Shown here: piece after piece, positions 1-9,614 of the stretch
Position numbering within the stretch: the first letter of the stretch is position 1
How the letters are laid out: every line of letters begins with the position of its first letter
Assembly: GCA_028279805.1 (NCBI GenBank)
Contig: JANQMZ010000007.1
Location: forward strand, 810,001-842,000
Direction: 5' to 3'
Length of the DNA stretch: 32,000 nt
Source: an archaeon
GTDB lineage: Archaea; Iainarchaeota; Iainarchaeia; Iainarchaeales; JANQMZ01
Translations under genes and position numbers: made by a program
The notes under the pieces: model-generated
What the model saw: only the letters and a program-made list of their open reading frames with translations
Told to the model about the DNA's origin: nothing
Database searches by the model: none

Positions 1-192
1 ATAATAGGCTTCCTGTCCTGACAATTTTAACTTTTTTGCAACATGCGACGGATAAGATTCTTTTTTTGACAGTTCTTTGAAAATGTTCCATGCCTTTTCA
101 TTAAGCAAAGGTTTTACCGGTTTAATATTTTCAAAAACTTTTGTCCTGCTTTTAATTGTTTTATTGTTTTTTGTTATTTCAATTGTTTCCAT
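1..192 (-). CDS. Partial CDS running off the left window edge; N-terminus of a winged-HTH, ArsR-like transcriptional regulator
   Basis: Reverse complement from ATG at 192 reads METIEITKNNKTIKSRTKVFENIKPVKPLLNEKAWNIFKELSKKESYPSHVAKKLKLSGQEAYY with no stop to the window edge; HTH-like helix pair. Confidence 0.6.
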   Translation of the reverse strand, partial: METIEITKNNKTIKSRTKVFENIKPVKPLLNEKAWNIFKELSKKESYPSHVAKKLKLSGQEAYY

Positions 193-356
193 AAAAAACA
201 CTAATTATTAATATATTCAAACTACTATTAATAAATTATTATAAGTAATACTAATTTTTTTAAATATTTTGCCTTACTTTGCTTAGTACTATTTACGCAA
301 TTTAAATGGTTTTTAAATACTTAAACTGAGCATTTATTTGATTTTTTGGTGAAAAA

Positions 357-2114
357 ATGTGCGGAATTACCGGTTACAAGGGTTCAAAACAGGCATCTGA
401 AATTGTTTTTCAAGGATTAAAAAAACTTGAATACCGTGGTTATGATTCATGGGGGCTGGCTGCCAAAAACAATGATTCAATTTTAGTTCAAAAACAGGCA
501 GGCAAAATTTCAGAAGCTGTTGTAAAAAAATTTCCTGAAAATCATCTCGCCATTGCACATACGCGGTGGGCAACCCATGGCAGCGTTTCAGAAAAAAATG
601 CCCATCCTCATTTTTCACAGAACAAAAAAATTGCTCTTGTTCATAACGGAATTGTTGAAAACTTTCAGGAATTAAAAAAATTTTTAACAGAAAAAGGATT
701 CTCTTTCAAATCCGATACTGACACTGAAATTATTCCAAACCTGGTTGAATATTTTTTGTCAAAAAACAAAAATTTTAAAAACGCGGTAATAAGTGCGTTG
801 CAAAAAATTGAAGGTTCTTTTGCAGTTGTTGCAGTTAACTCAGATTCAAATGAATTAATCGGTGCGAAAAACGGTTCGCCTTTAATTGTAGGCTTAAAAG
901 ATGAAGAATTTTTTATAGCTTCAGACGTTCCGGCTTTTCTTGATTTTACAAAAAAAATTGTTTTTTTGAATGACAACGAACTTGTTTCAATTAATTCTCA
1001 GCCTGAATTTTTTAATATTGAAAACGGAAAAAAAATTTTAAAAAAAACTGAAACAATTTCCTGGTCTTTGGAGCAGGCAAAAAAAGGTTCTTTTTCCACT
1101 TTTATGTTAAAAGAAATCAATGAGCATCCTCAGGCTATAAGACAGGCTGCAGAGCAGGACCCGGTTAAAATGAAAAAAGTTGCAAATCTGTTAAAAAATT
1201 CGGATAAAATTTTTTTAACAGGCTGCGGTTCATCTTATCATGCCTGCCTTTCCGGGCAGGATTGGTTTTCAAAACTTGCCCGAAAACACGTAAATGTTGT
1301 GTTAAGCTCTGAATTTAAAAATTTTCAGAATTTTGTTAACAGCAAAACAGTTGTTGTGGCTGTATCCCAAAGCGGTGAAACAGCTGATGTGCTGGATGCT
1401 GTTAAAAGAGCTAGATTAAAAAATGCAAAAATTGTTTCAATTGTAAATGTTCAGGGTTCAACGTTAACAAGGTTAAGCGATGAAACAATAATGCTTAACT
1501 CAGGCCCGGAAATTTGTGTTCTGTCAACAAAAACTTATTCAGCTCAGCTAACCGTTTTAATGCTTTTGGCTTCTTTTTTGGGACAAAAACAGGATGAAAT
1601 AAAAAAACTTATTCAGAAAACTGTTTCATTTATTCCCGACCTGGTTAAGGATTTTAATACGAAAGCGGAACAACTTGCTCAAAAAATTGCATCTCAAAAA
1701 AACATTTTTGTTATCGGCAGAAACACGATGTTTGCCTCTGCACTTGAAGCCGCTTTAAAAATAAAGGAAGTGAGTTATATTCATGCAGAGGGATTTGCCG
1801 GAGGAGAATTAAAACACGGAACAATTGCTTTAATTGAAAAAAATGTTCCTGCTTTTATTTTATCAACAAACAATTCAAGAAAAGAAATTTTAAGCAATGC
1901 AATGGAAATAAAATCAAGAGGCGGAATGATTATAGGCTTGGATTCCGAGGAAAATGATTTGTTTGATTTTTTCTTTAAAGTTCCCGATGTTAATTTTGCC
2001 AACCCTGTTTTAATGGCAATTCCTTTACAATTGGTTTCCTATCATCTTGCTTTGAAAAAAAATCTTGATCCTGACAAGCCGAGAAACCTGGCAAAATCTG
2101 TAACTGTTAAATGA
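357..2114 (+). CDS. glmS: Glutamine--fructose-6-phosphate aminotransferase (isomerizing)
   Basis: N-terminal MCGITGYKG class II GATase with Cys nucleophile; SIS-domain motifs GCGSSYHACLSGQ and VAVSQSGETADVLDA; C-terminal NLAKSVTV. Confidence 0.97.
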   Translation: MCGITGYKGSKQASEIVFQGLKKLEYRGYDSWGLAAKNNDSILVQKQAGKISEAVVKKFPENHLAIAHTRWATHGSVSEKNAHPHFSQNKKIALVHNGIVENFQELKKFLTEKGFSFKSDTDTEIIPNLVEYFLSKNKNFKNAVISALQKIEGSFAVVAVNSDSNELIGAKNGSPLIVGLKDEEFFIASDVPAFLDFTKKIVFLNDNELVSINSQPEFFNIENGKKILKKTETISWSLEQAKKGSFSTFMLKEINEHPQAIRQAAEQDPVKMKKVANLLKNSDKIFLTGCGSSYHACLSGQDWFSKLARKHVNVVLSSEFKNFQNFVNSKTVVVAVSQSGETADVLDAVKRARLKNAKIVSIVNVQGSTLTRLSDETIMLNSGPEICVLSTKTYSAQLTVLMLLASFLGQKQDEIKKLIQKTVSFIPDLVKDFNTKAEQLAQKIASQKNIFVIGRNTMFASALEAALKIKEVSYIHAEGFAGGELKHGTIALIEKNVPAFILSTNNSRKEILSNAMEIKSRGGMIIGLDSEENDLFDFFFKVPDVNFANPVLMAIPLQLVSYHLALKKNLDPDKPRNLAKSVTVK

Positions 2115-2124
2115 TGTGATTTTT

Positions 2125-3480
2125 ATGAAAAAAGTTTTCGGAACAGACGGCATAAGAGGAACCGCTAACATGTATCCCATGACTCCTGAAATGGTTTTAA
2201 AAGTAGGAAAGGCTCTTGTTTTGCTTTTAAAACAGAATGGCAGCAGAAAAATTCCAAAAATTGTTATAGGAAAAGACACGCGTTTGTCCGGTTATATGCT
2301 TGAAACCGCTTTAACCGCTGGAATTGTTTCAATGGGTGCAAATGTTTATCTTGTTGGCCCCATGCCAACTCCGGCCGTGGCGCATTTAACAAAATCTTTA
2401 AACTGTGACGCCGGTATTGTTTTGTCCGCATCCCATAATCCTGCATCTGATAATGGTTTGAAAATTTTTAATTCAAAAGGCGTTAAATTGTCAGACGCAT
2501 CGGAAGAAAAAATTGAATCTTTTTTATTTTCAGAAAAACTTTTGAATAAAGCACTTGATTCTAAAAAAATAGGAAAAGCTTTTCGTGTTGAAGATGCCCG
2601 TGGAAGATATATTGAATTTGTTAAAAATTCGGTTGACAATTCTTCTTTAAATGGTTTAAAAATTGTTCTTGATTGTGCAAACGGTGCTGCGTATTCAATT
2701 GCACCAAAAGTTTTTACAGAGTTAGGTGCAAAAGTTAAAACTTTTCATAACAAGCCTGACGGTTTAAACATTAACTTAAACTGTGGCGCGACAAAACCTC
2801 ACTTTATTCAGAAAGAAACTGTTAAACAAAAAGCTGATTTGGGAATTGCTTTGGACGGGGATGCTGACAGGGTAATTGTTTGTGATTCAAACGGCAAAAT
2901 TGTTGATGGCGATTTTATTATGAGCATTCTTGCTCTGAATCTGCTTGAAAAAGGAATGCTGAAAAAGAAAACAGTTGTCGGAACACAGATGACTAATTCG
3001 GGAATTGAAGAGTTTTTAAAAAAACACAAAATAAGTCTTGTAAGAACAAAAGTCGGGGACAGATATGTTGTTGAAGAAATGGAAAAAAATGATTATTTTT
3101 TAGGCGGGGAAAGCTCGGGCCATATTATAATGAAACAGCATTCAACAACGGGGGACGGGATTTTAACGGCTTTACAGCTTGTTAATATTTTAAATGAAAA
3201 AAATTCAAAATTATCGCATTTGATTAAAAAAATAAAGCCTTTCCCGTTTGTTCTGGAAAATGTTTCAGTTAGGCAAAAAATTCCTTTTAATCAGATGCCT
3301 TTGGTTTCAAAAGAAATTAAAAAAGCGGAAAAAAAACTTAAAGGAAAAGGCCGTGTCCTTGTAAGATATTCCGGAACAGAAAACGTTGCGAGAGTAATGG
3401 TTGAGGGAAAAAACAATAAAACAATTAAAAATCTGGCTTTAAAAATTGTTAAAGCAATTAAAAAAGAGGCAAAAAAATGA
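2125..3480 (+). CDS. glmM: Phosphoglucosamine mutase-type phosphohexomutase
   Basis: KKVFGTDGIRG N-terminus; catalytic GIVLSASHNPASDNGLK; metal-binding DGDADRVI; GGESSGHII; RYSGTEN. ORF opens at 2116, but ATG 2125 gives the canonical MKKVFGTDGIRG start. Confidence 0.93.
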   Translation: MKKVFGTDGIRGTANMYPMTPEMVLKVGKALVLLLKQNGSRKIPKIVIGKDTRLSGYMLETALTAGIVSMGANVYLVGPMPTPAVAHLTKSLNCDAGIVLSASHNPASDNGLKIFNSKGVKLSDASEEKIESFLFSEKLLNKALDSKKIGKAFRVEDARGRYIEFVKNSVDNSSLNGLKIVLDCANGAAYSIAPKVFTELGAKVKTFHNKPDGLNINLNCGATKPHFIQKETVKQKADLGIALDGDADRVIVCDSNGKIVDGDFIMSILALNLLEKGMLKKKTVVGTQMTNSGIEEFLKKHKISLVRTKVGDRYVVEEMEKNDYFLGGESSGHIIMKQHSTTGDGILTALQLVNILNEKNSKLSHLIKKIKPFPFVLENVSVRQKIPFNQMPLVSKEIKKAEKKLKGKGRVLVRYSGTENVARVMVEGKNNKTIKNLALKIVKAIKKEAKK

Positions 3481-4076
3481 TAAAAGAATTAAGTGAAAAA
3501 ATTTCAAAAGGAAAAGAATTCAGGTTCTGGGAATATCTGGACAAACTAGAAGTTTTTGTTAACAAATTTGATGAAAAAAATTCCGGAACAATTGAAAAAA
3601 ATGTTATAATTAACGGAAAACTTTTTCTGGGAAAAAATTCTGTCATTAAATCCGGTACAAGAATTGAGGGAAATGTTGTTGTAGGAAAAAATTGTGTTAT
3701 TGGCCCGAATGCTTTTTTAAGAAAAAATGTTTTAATTGAGGATAACTGTAAAATTGCAAATTCTGAAATTAAAAATTCAATTATTTTAAAAAATTCTAAC
3801 ATTCCTCATTTTTCTTATGTTGGCGATTCAATTTTAGGTGAAAATGTTAATTTTGGAGCCGGAACAAAAATTGCAAATTTAAGGTTTGATAATAAAAATA
3901 TTAATGTGGCAATTGAAGGAAAAAAAATTAATTCAAAGAGAAGAAAACTGGGAGCATTAATCGGGCATAATACTAAAACAGGAATAAATTCAGGCATTAA
4001 CTGCGGAATAATTATAGGCAATAACCAGAAAATTTTTCCCGGAAAAATTGTGTCAAAAAATCTGAAAAGCCTTTAA
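3477..4076 (+). CDS. Left-handed beta-helix acyltransferase resembling the C-terminal half of GlmU-like proteins, without a nucleotidyltransferase domain
   Basis: Hexapeptide repeats (VVGKNCVIGPNAFLRKNVLIEDNCKI), FGAGTKIANLRFD, RRKLGALIGHNTKTGINSGINCG; overlaps glmM by 4 nt. Confidence 0.85.
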   Translation: MIKELSEKISKGKEFRFWEYLDKLEVFVNKFDEKNSGTIEKNVIINGKLFLGKNSVIKSGTRIEGNVVVGKNCVIGPNAFLRKNVLIEDNCKIANSEIKNSIILKNSNIPHFSYVGDSILGENVNFGAGTKIANLRFDNKNINVAIEGKKINSKRRKLGALIGHNTKTGINSGINCGIIIGNNQKIFPGKIVSKNLKSL

Positions 4077-4077
4077 T

Positions 4078-6657
4078 TTACAGTCCTAATTTTTTTCCTG
4101 TAACCGCATCAATTAAAATGGTTCTTTCTTTTCCGTTTTTTTGCCTGAATTTGGCTTCATAAACAGGCCAGTAAATCTCTTCTGTTGTGGTTACATCAAG
4201 GTTTTTCCACAGTTTTTGCATTATTTCTTTTGCCTGGTTTTTTGAAATTTTTTCAGCCAGCTTAATCAGAACATCTGATTCTGATACCGGCAATTCCGAT
4301 AAAGAATTCATAAGATTATGAAAAGGGTTTGCCGGAATATGCAGATTTTTGGCTTCATATAATAATAACTGGTTTTGTTTTTTTGTTGAAATGATTTCCC
4401 TGTTTTCCAGTGTTTTTAAAATTTTCATTGTTTTGTCCTGTGCAAAACCTGAAAGTTTTGCTATATCGTTAAGGCTTTTGTTTTTTCCCATCAATGAATT
4501 TAAAACTCTTAATTCTTTTTCCTCCAACTCATACAATTGTTTCAAACCTTTTGATTCTATGAACTGGTTTGTTTTAAAATGCAAAAATTCGCCTGTTTGG
4601 GAGTTGATAAAAGTCTGGCCTTGCCGGAACGCATTTTCATTTTTTTCCTTATAATTAAATTTTATTTTATAAACCGGTAAATGTTTTAGAATAATTTCTT
4701 CAAATTCTTCTTCTTCTCCTAAAAATCCAAGTGTTTTTTTCTTTCTTAAATTGTTAGCCAATTGTGCTGCTTTTTCCTCTCCTATTCTGTCAGAAAAAGC
4801 AAGCAATGTTACAGGTTCTTCAAATGTTTCTGTTTGCTCTTCAACCTGTTCAACATCTTTTTCTTCAATTCCTTCTTCAACCAAATGTTCTTCTTCAGTC
4901 AGTGAAATAATTTTTTCTTCATTGTTTATTTCTGTTTCTTTTTCTTCCAATCCTTTTAATAATTCTTCAAAAGTTGTCCGGGCGTTATTTTTTTTATTCA
5001 GTTTTTGCAATTCTTTTTCAGCTGCATCAAATGTTAATTCTTTTTCTCTTTTCAGTTTTCTCCAAACAAATTCAACCGCAAAAAACAAAGCTTTTTCAGG
5101 AGGCAAATTTTTTGCAATTGTTTCAGCTTCCCTGCCTTCATGCTGGCTCATTCTCGGCCTGACTTTCATTATAAATGCTCTGCTTGTTTCTTCCTGCCTG
5201 TCACCTGTCAAACAGGTTCCGATTGAAAGCATTTTGATAAAATTTGATGCTTTGTATTTGCGGGGAATAATTGTAGGGGTTCTTTTTAAAACAGCCTTAA
5301 TATCATCGTTAAACACAAGTTTAAATGACATAATTGTATCCAGCTGGCTTAAAACTTTTGAGTCAATGGCTGATGGCTGTTGTGTGGCAAAAACCAGTGA
5401 ACAGCCCGGTCTTCGGCCCTGTTTTACATATTCAACCAGTGAGTTTGTTGCGGGAGTTGCCTGATTGCCGGACGGAATTAAAGTGTGAGCTTCATCTATA
5501 AAGAGCCATGTGGCAGGAATTCCTGTTTCAAGCAAATCTTCTTTTTTTTGAGTTTCAAGCCTTTCAGCTGCTTCCTGTCTTGTTGTAATTTTTCTCGCAG
5601 CCAAAATTCTTCTTGCTAAAATTCCTACAACCAATGACGTAACATTTTCATCCAAAAAACTTGTGTCAATTATTGTTAATTGTCCTTCAGCTGACAATTC
5701 TGTTAAAGGTGTTCCTTTCTGGTCAAAAACTCCCCATGCTTTTGCAGCTTCAAACCTGCTGACCAGTGCACGAATGGAATCAGCTTTATATCCCCTGTCC
5801 CTCGAATTTAATTCTTCATCTTTTTCCAGGCAAAAAATTATATCATTTAAAGCAAAATCTTTTCCTTTTCCTTTAACGGTTTTCCCGTCCTTTATTTTAA
5901 AACCTTTTTTTACTTTTTCAAGAGATTTTTCTAACAACAAGCCGGTGGGAGAAAATCTGTCAATTCCGAAAGTTAAACACCAGTCCTGTGAATCCAGCAT
6001 TCCGGGTTGAATGGAAAAAGTTGCATCATACGTACCTTTAGGTGTTTGTTTTTCAATTCCTTTGGGAATAAACACCATTAAATTGTTCAGACCTTTTGGT
6101 TCTAAATTCCATTCCGCCAAAGCTTTTAATTCTCTTTCCTCTTTGTTGGGATAACGCATTGACCAGAAAACTCCGACCGGGTCAATTACAATTGTTCCAA
6201 CATTGTCATTCTTTAAAGCTAATTCTTCTGCAACAATTCCCATTATATAACTTTTGCCTGAACCTCTGGCTCCGCAGACAAAAACCACGTGCGGATTTAA
6301 TCCGTCCAAAAAAACATTTTTTTCATCAAAGCCTTGTTCTGAAACTTTTCCCAAATGCAATCCGGCCTGGTTTCCGAATCTTTTAAACACATCTTTTTTT
6401 CTTCCGATAAAAACATTTTCATCGTCTTCTAAAAAATTTAAAGGAGGCTGAATTTGCTGGCTAACATCAGGTTCCCTGTTTTCATCAGTTTTTTTTGTTT
6501 CTTCAGCTGCCTGTATTTCCTCAATTTCTTTTGATTCCTGTTCTGCTTTTTTTATAAATTCTTCAGGTTTTTCAACGGAATCCCTGGCTTTTTTTAAAAT
6601 TTCATCTTTAACTGATTCTTTTGCGTTTTCGCCCTGCTTTTCTTCATTTTCAGCCAA
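4078..6657 (-). CDS. HerA/FtsK-like ATP-binding protein with a C-terminal wHTH and PepSY-like repeats
   Basis: Walker A GARGSGKSYIMG, Walker B WLFIDEAHTLIP, VFATQQPSAIDSKVLSQLD; C-terminal HTH-like segment SLNDIAKLSGFAQDKTMKIL. Confidence 0.8.
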   Translation of the reverse strand: MAENEEKQGENAKESVKDEILKKARDSVEKPEEFIKKAEQESKEIEEIQAAEETKKTDENREPDVSQQIQPPLNFLEDDENVFIGRKKDVFKRFGNQAGLHLGKVSEQGFDEKNVFLDGLNPHVVFVCGARGSGKSYIMGIVAEELALKNDNVGTIVIDPVGVFWSMRYPNKEERELKALAEWNLEPKGLNNLMVFIPKGIEKQTPKGTYDATFSIQPGMLDSQDWCLTFGIDRFSPTGLLLEKSLEKVKKGFKIKDGKTVKGKGKDFALNDIIFCLEKDEELNSRDRGYKADSIRALVSRFEAAKAWGVFDQKGTPLTELSAEGQLTIIDTSFLDENVTSLVVGILARRILAARKITTRQEAAERLETQKKEDLLETGIPATWLFIDEAHTLIPSGNQATPATNSLVEYVKQGRRPGCSLVFATQQPSAIDSKVLSQLDTIMSFKLVFNDDIKAVLKRTPTIIPRKYKASNFIKMLSIGTCLTGDRQEETSRAFIMKVRPRMSQHEGREAETIAKNLPPEKALFFAVEFVWRKLKREKELTFDAAEKELQKLNKKNNARTTFEELLKGLEEKETEINNEEKIISLTEEEHLVEEGIEEKDVEQVEEQTETFEEPVTLLAFSDRIGEEKAAQLANNLRKKKTLGFLGEEEEFEEIILKHLPVYKIKFNYKEKNENAFRQGQTFINSQTGEFLHFKTNQFIESKGLKQLYELEEKELRVLNSLMGKNKSLNDIAKLSGFAQDKTMKILKTLENREIISTKKQNQLLLYEAKNLHIPANPFHNLMNSLSELPVSESDVLIKLAEKISKNQAKEIMQKLWKNLDVTTTEEIYWPVYEAKFRQKNGKERTILIDAVTGKKLGL

Positions 6658-6775
6658 TTCAAAACACCGTCATAATAACACTATTTCAAAGTATTAAATG
6701 TTTTTTATGTTAATTATTGTGCTGTTCAACATGTTTCCCAATGAGCTTTAAAACACTTTTACTTAAGTTTTTTTT

Positions 6776-7507
6776 ATGGTTAAAATTGTTGTTGACGGCA
6801 AAGACATTGAATTGATTTTGCCTGACAAGAAAGCAAGAGAACTTGGCTTGGATCCGGCAAAAGGTTATGAATTTTACAGGGCTAAAAATGACACATGGGT
6901 TTTAACCCAGAAAGAGCCATCTTCAACAAAATCGCCGCCGGAAAAAAGTTTAGATGAACAAATTTTAAAAATTTTAAAAATCAAAACTTTGAGTCAAAGA
7001 GTGGAAGGAAAGTTTGAAAAATTTTTAAACCCTGAACAGTTAAAAGTTTTCAGGCAAATGCTTGAATCAGGTCAAATTGTTTTGTTTAAGTTAAGTGATA
7101 AATATTCAAAAGGCGTGTATAAAACAAAAAAAGAAATTGATGCAAAAAAACCGATTCAAAACAGGGAAACTGAAAAAAAATTTTCCTTGTCAAAACACGG
7201 TTTTACTGTTGTGCAGGAATCCGAAGCAAAATCTTTGTCAGAGGAATTTGAAGAAAAAATTAAAAACAAGGAATTGTTGGGCACCAGAGATTTTTCAGGT
7301 GAATATTTTGTTATAACAAAAGAATTGTTTGACAAGTTTAACAAAAAAGTTTTGAATTTGCTTGAAAACAATTCTCCGTTAAACCTGGAAGAATTAAGCA
7401 AAAGCCTTTCAGCTGAAAAAAAATTAATTAAGGGAATATGTTTGTTTTTACAGGAAGACGGGGAAATTATTGAAAAAACAAGAGAATCTTACAGTTTTGT
7501 GGGCTAA
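6776..7507 (+). CDS. Conserved-looking hypothetical protein, possible C-terminal wHTH
   Basis: Open frame with host-like composition, start after a divergent intergenic gap; HTH-like NLEELSKSLSAEKKLIKGICLFL. Confidence 0.6.
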   Translation: MVKIVVDGKDIELILPDKKARELGLDPAKGYEFYRAKNDTWVLTQKEPSSTKSPPEKSLDEQILKILKIKTLSQRVEGKFEKFLNPEQLKVFRQMLESGQIVLFKLSDKYSKGVYKTKKEIDAKKPIQNRETEKKFSLSKHGFTVVQESEAKSLSEEFEEKIKNKELLGTRDFSGEYFVITKELFDKFNKKVLNLLENNSPLNLEELSKSLSAEKKLIKGICLFLQEDGEIIEKTRESYSFVG

Positions 7508-7511
7508 GTTT

Positions 7512-7898
7512 ATGTCAAAAGTTTTATTGCCATTGTTGTCAAAAAAAGAATCAAATGAAAATTTTCTTGAAAAAGTAATCCATAAAGCAAAAGAAGTTGA
7601 TGTTTTGCTTATAATTGATACAAAGGCAATGGCAGGCTCTTTTGGTTTTGTTGGCAGTGAAGTTTTTGCCGGCAGAAAATTAATGGATGAAATTTGTAAA
7701 AAAATCGGAAAAAAACGTAAAACAGGCAACGCTTTGCTTGAATGGGGAGACACTTTTAACACAATTGTAAGAGTTGCCAAGCTGAAAGGTTCTGAAAAAA
7801 TTTTTTTAATAAAACAAAACAATAAATATTTTCGCGACCTGATTGATGTTTTAAAAAAAGAAAAAATTAAGTTTGAAACTTTGAATGTAAAGGATTAA
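7512..7898 (+). CDS. Hypothetical protein
   Basis: ORF 7470-7898; ATG 7512 follows immediately after the stop of the previous gene and is the more likely start (MSKVLLPLLSKKESN...). Confidence 0.55.
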   Translation: MSKVLLPLLSKKESNENFLEKVIHKAKEVDVLLIIDTKAMAGSFGFVGSEVFAGRKLMDEICKKIGKKRKTGNALLEWGDTFNTIVRVAKLKGSEKIFLIKQNNKYFRDLIDVLKKEKIKFETLNVKD

Positions 7899-8980
7899 CC
7901 TAATACTATTTTTTCAGCCAAAGTTTTGTTTTTTTCAACTTTTTCTCGGTGTTTTGAAAGCATTTCCTGTAAAAATTCTATTGTCATTTTTTTAACATCG
8001 CCGCATAAAGTTTTTCCTTTTTTTTCATTTTCAATTGTGTTTTTAACAAAGTCATCTTCTGGATGGTGGAATGTTAAAATTTCACAAACTTTGCAAATAT
8101 CCGGGTTTGCTCCTGACTTTCTTTGCTCTTCGGCTGTGTTTCTGCCACCGGTAAAAGCCTTGTTTATTTTTTTCTTAATATCTTCATTTGAATCATCCAA
8201 AAATATTGCAGAATAAGGGTCTGATGCTGACATTTTTGTTCCCTGTTTTAAGCCGGACTGGTGTTTAAAGTAAACAAATGACGGTAATTCAATTTCATGG
8301 TTTACCCTGCGTGCAACATCTCTTGTTAATCTTGCATGCGGATCCTGGTCCAAGCCAATTCCTGTTATTGAAGGCATTTTTCCTTCAAATTCTTTTAACT
8401 GCGGGTGCAAAATGTCTGCATATTGCAATAATGATGCTGAAATTTTTCCCAAATCCACATGACCGTATACAGCTTCAAACATGTTTTTTGTAATTTTTTT
8501 GCTTAATTCAAATGCAAATTCGTAATATTTTTTTTCATAATTGCTTTGCACATATAAATCTTTTTCATTCAAACCCAAAGCGAGAACGTGTGCTGTATTG
8601 TTTATGGCTAATTCTTTTGCTTTTTCCATTGAAGGCATTTTATTGTCAGGCCTTGAAACATATGCATCAATGTCTGCTATTGTGAAAAAATTTTTTGCAT
8701 CCATTTGTTTGTGAAACAAAAACAGTTCAATATCAACCAAATGCCCCAAATGCAGCTTTCCTGATGATGCTATTCCTGTAATGTTAATGAACGGTTTTTT
8801 TTCCTGAATTTTTTTCAAAATTTTTTCATAATCCCTGTGTGCCATTACAATATTTCTTTTAAAAAACCGGTGATTTAATTTTTTTTTCATTTCATCCGGA
8901 AATTTTTTTAAGCCAAATTCTTTGAACACATGTTCATAGTTTTCAATTGCCTGACTGCTCCACGGGTCAATTTTTGCCAT
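7895..8980 (-). CDS. trpS: Tryptophan--tRNA ligase, archaeal type
   Basis: HxGH variant SSGKLHLGHLV, IADIDAYVSR, GIGLDQDPHARLTRDVA, KMSAS signature QGTKMSASDPYSAIFL. Confidence 0.88.
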   Translation of the reverse strand: MAKIDPWSSQAIENYEHVFKEFGLKKFPDEMKKKLNHRFFKRNIVMAHRDYEKILKKIQEKKPFINITGIASSGKLHLGHLVDIELFLFHKQMDAKNFFTIADIDAYVSRPDNKMPSMEKAKELAINNTAHVLALGLNEKDLYVQSNYEKKYYEFAFELSKKITKNMFEAVYGHVDLGKISASLLQYADILHPQLKEFEGKMPSITGIGLDQDPHARLTRDVARRVNHEIELPSFVYFKHQSGLKQGTKMSASDPYSAIFLDDSNEDIKKKINKAFTGGRNTAEEQRKSGANPDICKVCEILTFHHPEDDFVKNTIENEKKGKTLCGDVKKMTIEFLQEMLSKHREKVEKNKTLAEKIVLG

Positions 8981-9054
8981 ATAATTACCTTTTAAGTTTG
9001 TTTGCCGGTATACTTATTATTGGTTTATTATTAAACTTTTCACGTGAGCATTTT

Positions 9055-9564
9055 ATGGTTTTTTTAATTGAAAACAAGGTTTTAATTGAAGATAATAAGA
9101 TTATTTCACAACTTGTTCAAAAAGGCTTCGGGGAAAAAAATGGCAAAATACTGGTTTTAGACTTAAATGAAGCATTATTTTTGCTTGAAAACAAAAAAAT
9201 CAAAATAAAAGATTCAAAAAACAAAACAGTTTCAAAGAAAAAAATTGTTTCATTAGGGGAAAAAATTGACAAAAAATTTTACTCAGTTTACACTGTTTTC
9301 ACCGATTTAAGAAACAGAGGTTACGTAGTTAAAACAGGCTACAAATTCGGATTTCATTTCAGAGTTTATCCACGAGGCAAAAAAGCAGGACAAGCTCATT
9401 CCAAATGGGTTGTAACAGTTTTAACACAAAATGATAAAATTAATCTGGTTGATTTCAGCAAAATGGTTCGCTTAAGCGGCAACATTCACACCAAATTATT
9501 ACTGGCGGTTGTTGATTCTGAAAATGATATCAGTTATTATGAAACTGAAAGAATAACTCCTTAA
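9055..9564 (+). CDS. endA: tRNA-splicing (tRNA-intron) endonuclease
   Basis: YTVFTDLRNRGYVVKTGYKFGFHFRVYPRG...HSKWVV: candidate Tyr/His/Lys catalytic triad. ATG 9055 chosen over the longer upstream ORF start at 8947. Confidence 0.88.
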   Translation: MVFLIENKVLIEDNKIISQLVQKGFGEKNGKILVLDLNEALFLLENKKIKIKDSKNKTVSKKKIVSLGEKIDKKFYSVYTVFTDLRNRGYVVKTGYKFGFHFRVYPRGKKAGQAHSKWVVTVLTQNDKINLVDFSKMVRLSGNIHTKLLLAVVDSENDISYYETERITP

Positions 9565-9597
9565 AATTAGAAAAATAAAAAAAAAGAAAGAAAAACA

Positions 9598-9614
9598 GCG
9601 ACTTTAACAGTCGC
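9598..9614 (-). terminator. Perfect 6-bp hairpin GCGACT-TTAAC-AGTCGC spanning the stop codon of the small histone-like gene, followed by T-rich sequence on the minus strand
   Basis: Perfect inverted repeat read directly; loop contains the stop codon (TTA on plus at 9604-9606). Confidence 0.45.

Noticed and set aside
4349-6451. Many plus-strand ORFs (4349-4654, 4751-5464, 5663-6010, 6096-6386, 6254-6451)
   Set aside because: All are antisense to the HerA-like gene, have low-complexity Phe/Leu/Ser-rich translations typical of antisense to Lys/Glu-rich host genes, and show no recognisable motifs.
7926-8493. Plus-strand ORFs antisense to trpS
   Set aside because: Fully contained opposite a clearly conserved gene, with no motif support.
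8947-9054. 36-codon N-terminal extension of the endA ORF (MPDCSTGQFLPYNYLLSLFAGILIIG...)
   Set aside because: The ATG at 9055 gives a normal archaeal EndA N-terminus, and the extension overlaps the trpS start region; likely an upstream non-ATG read-in.
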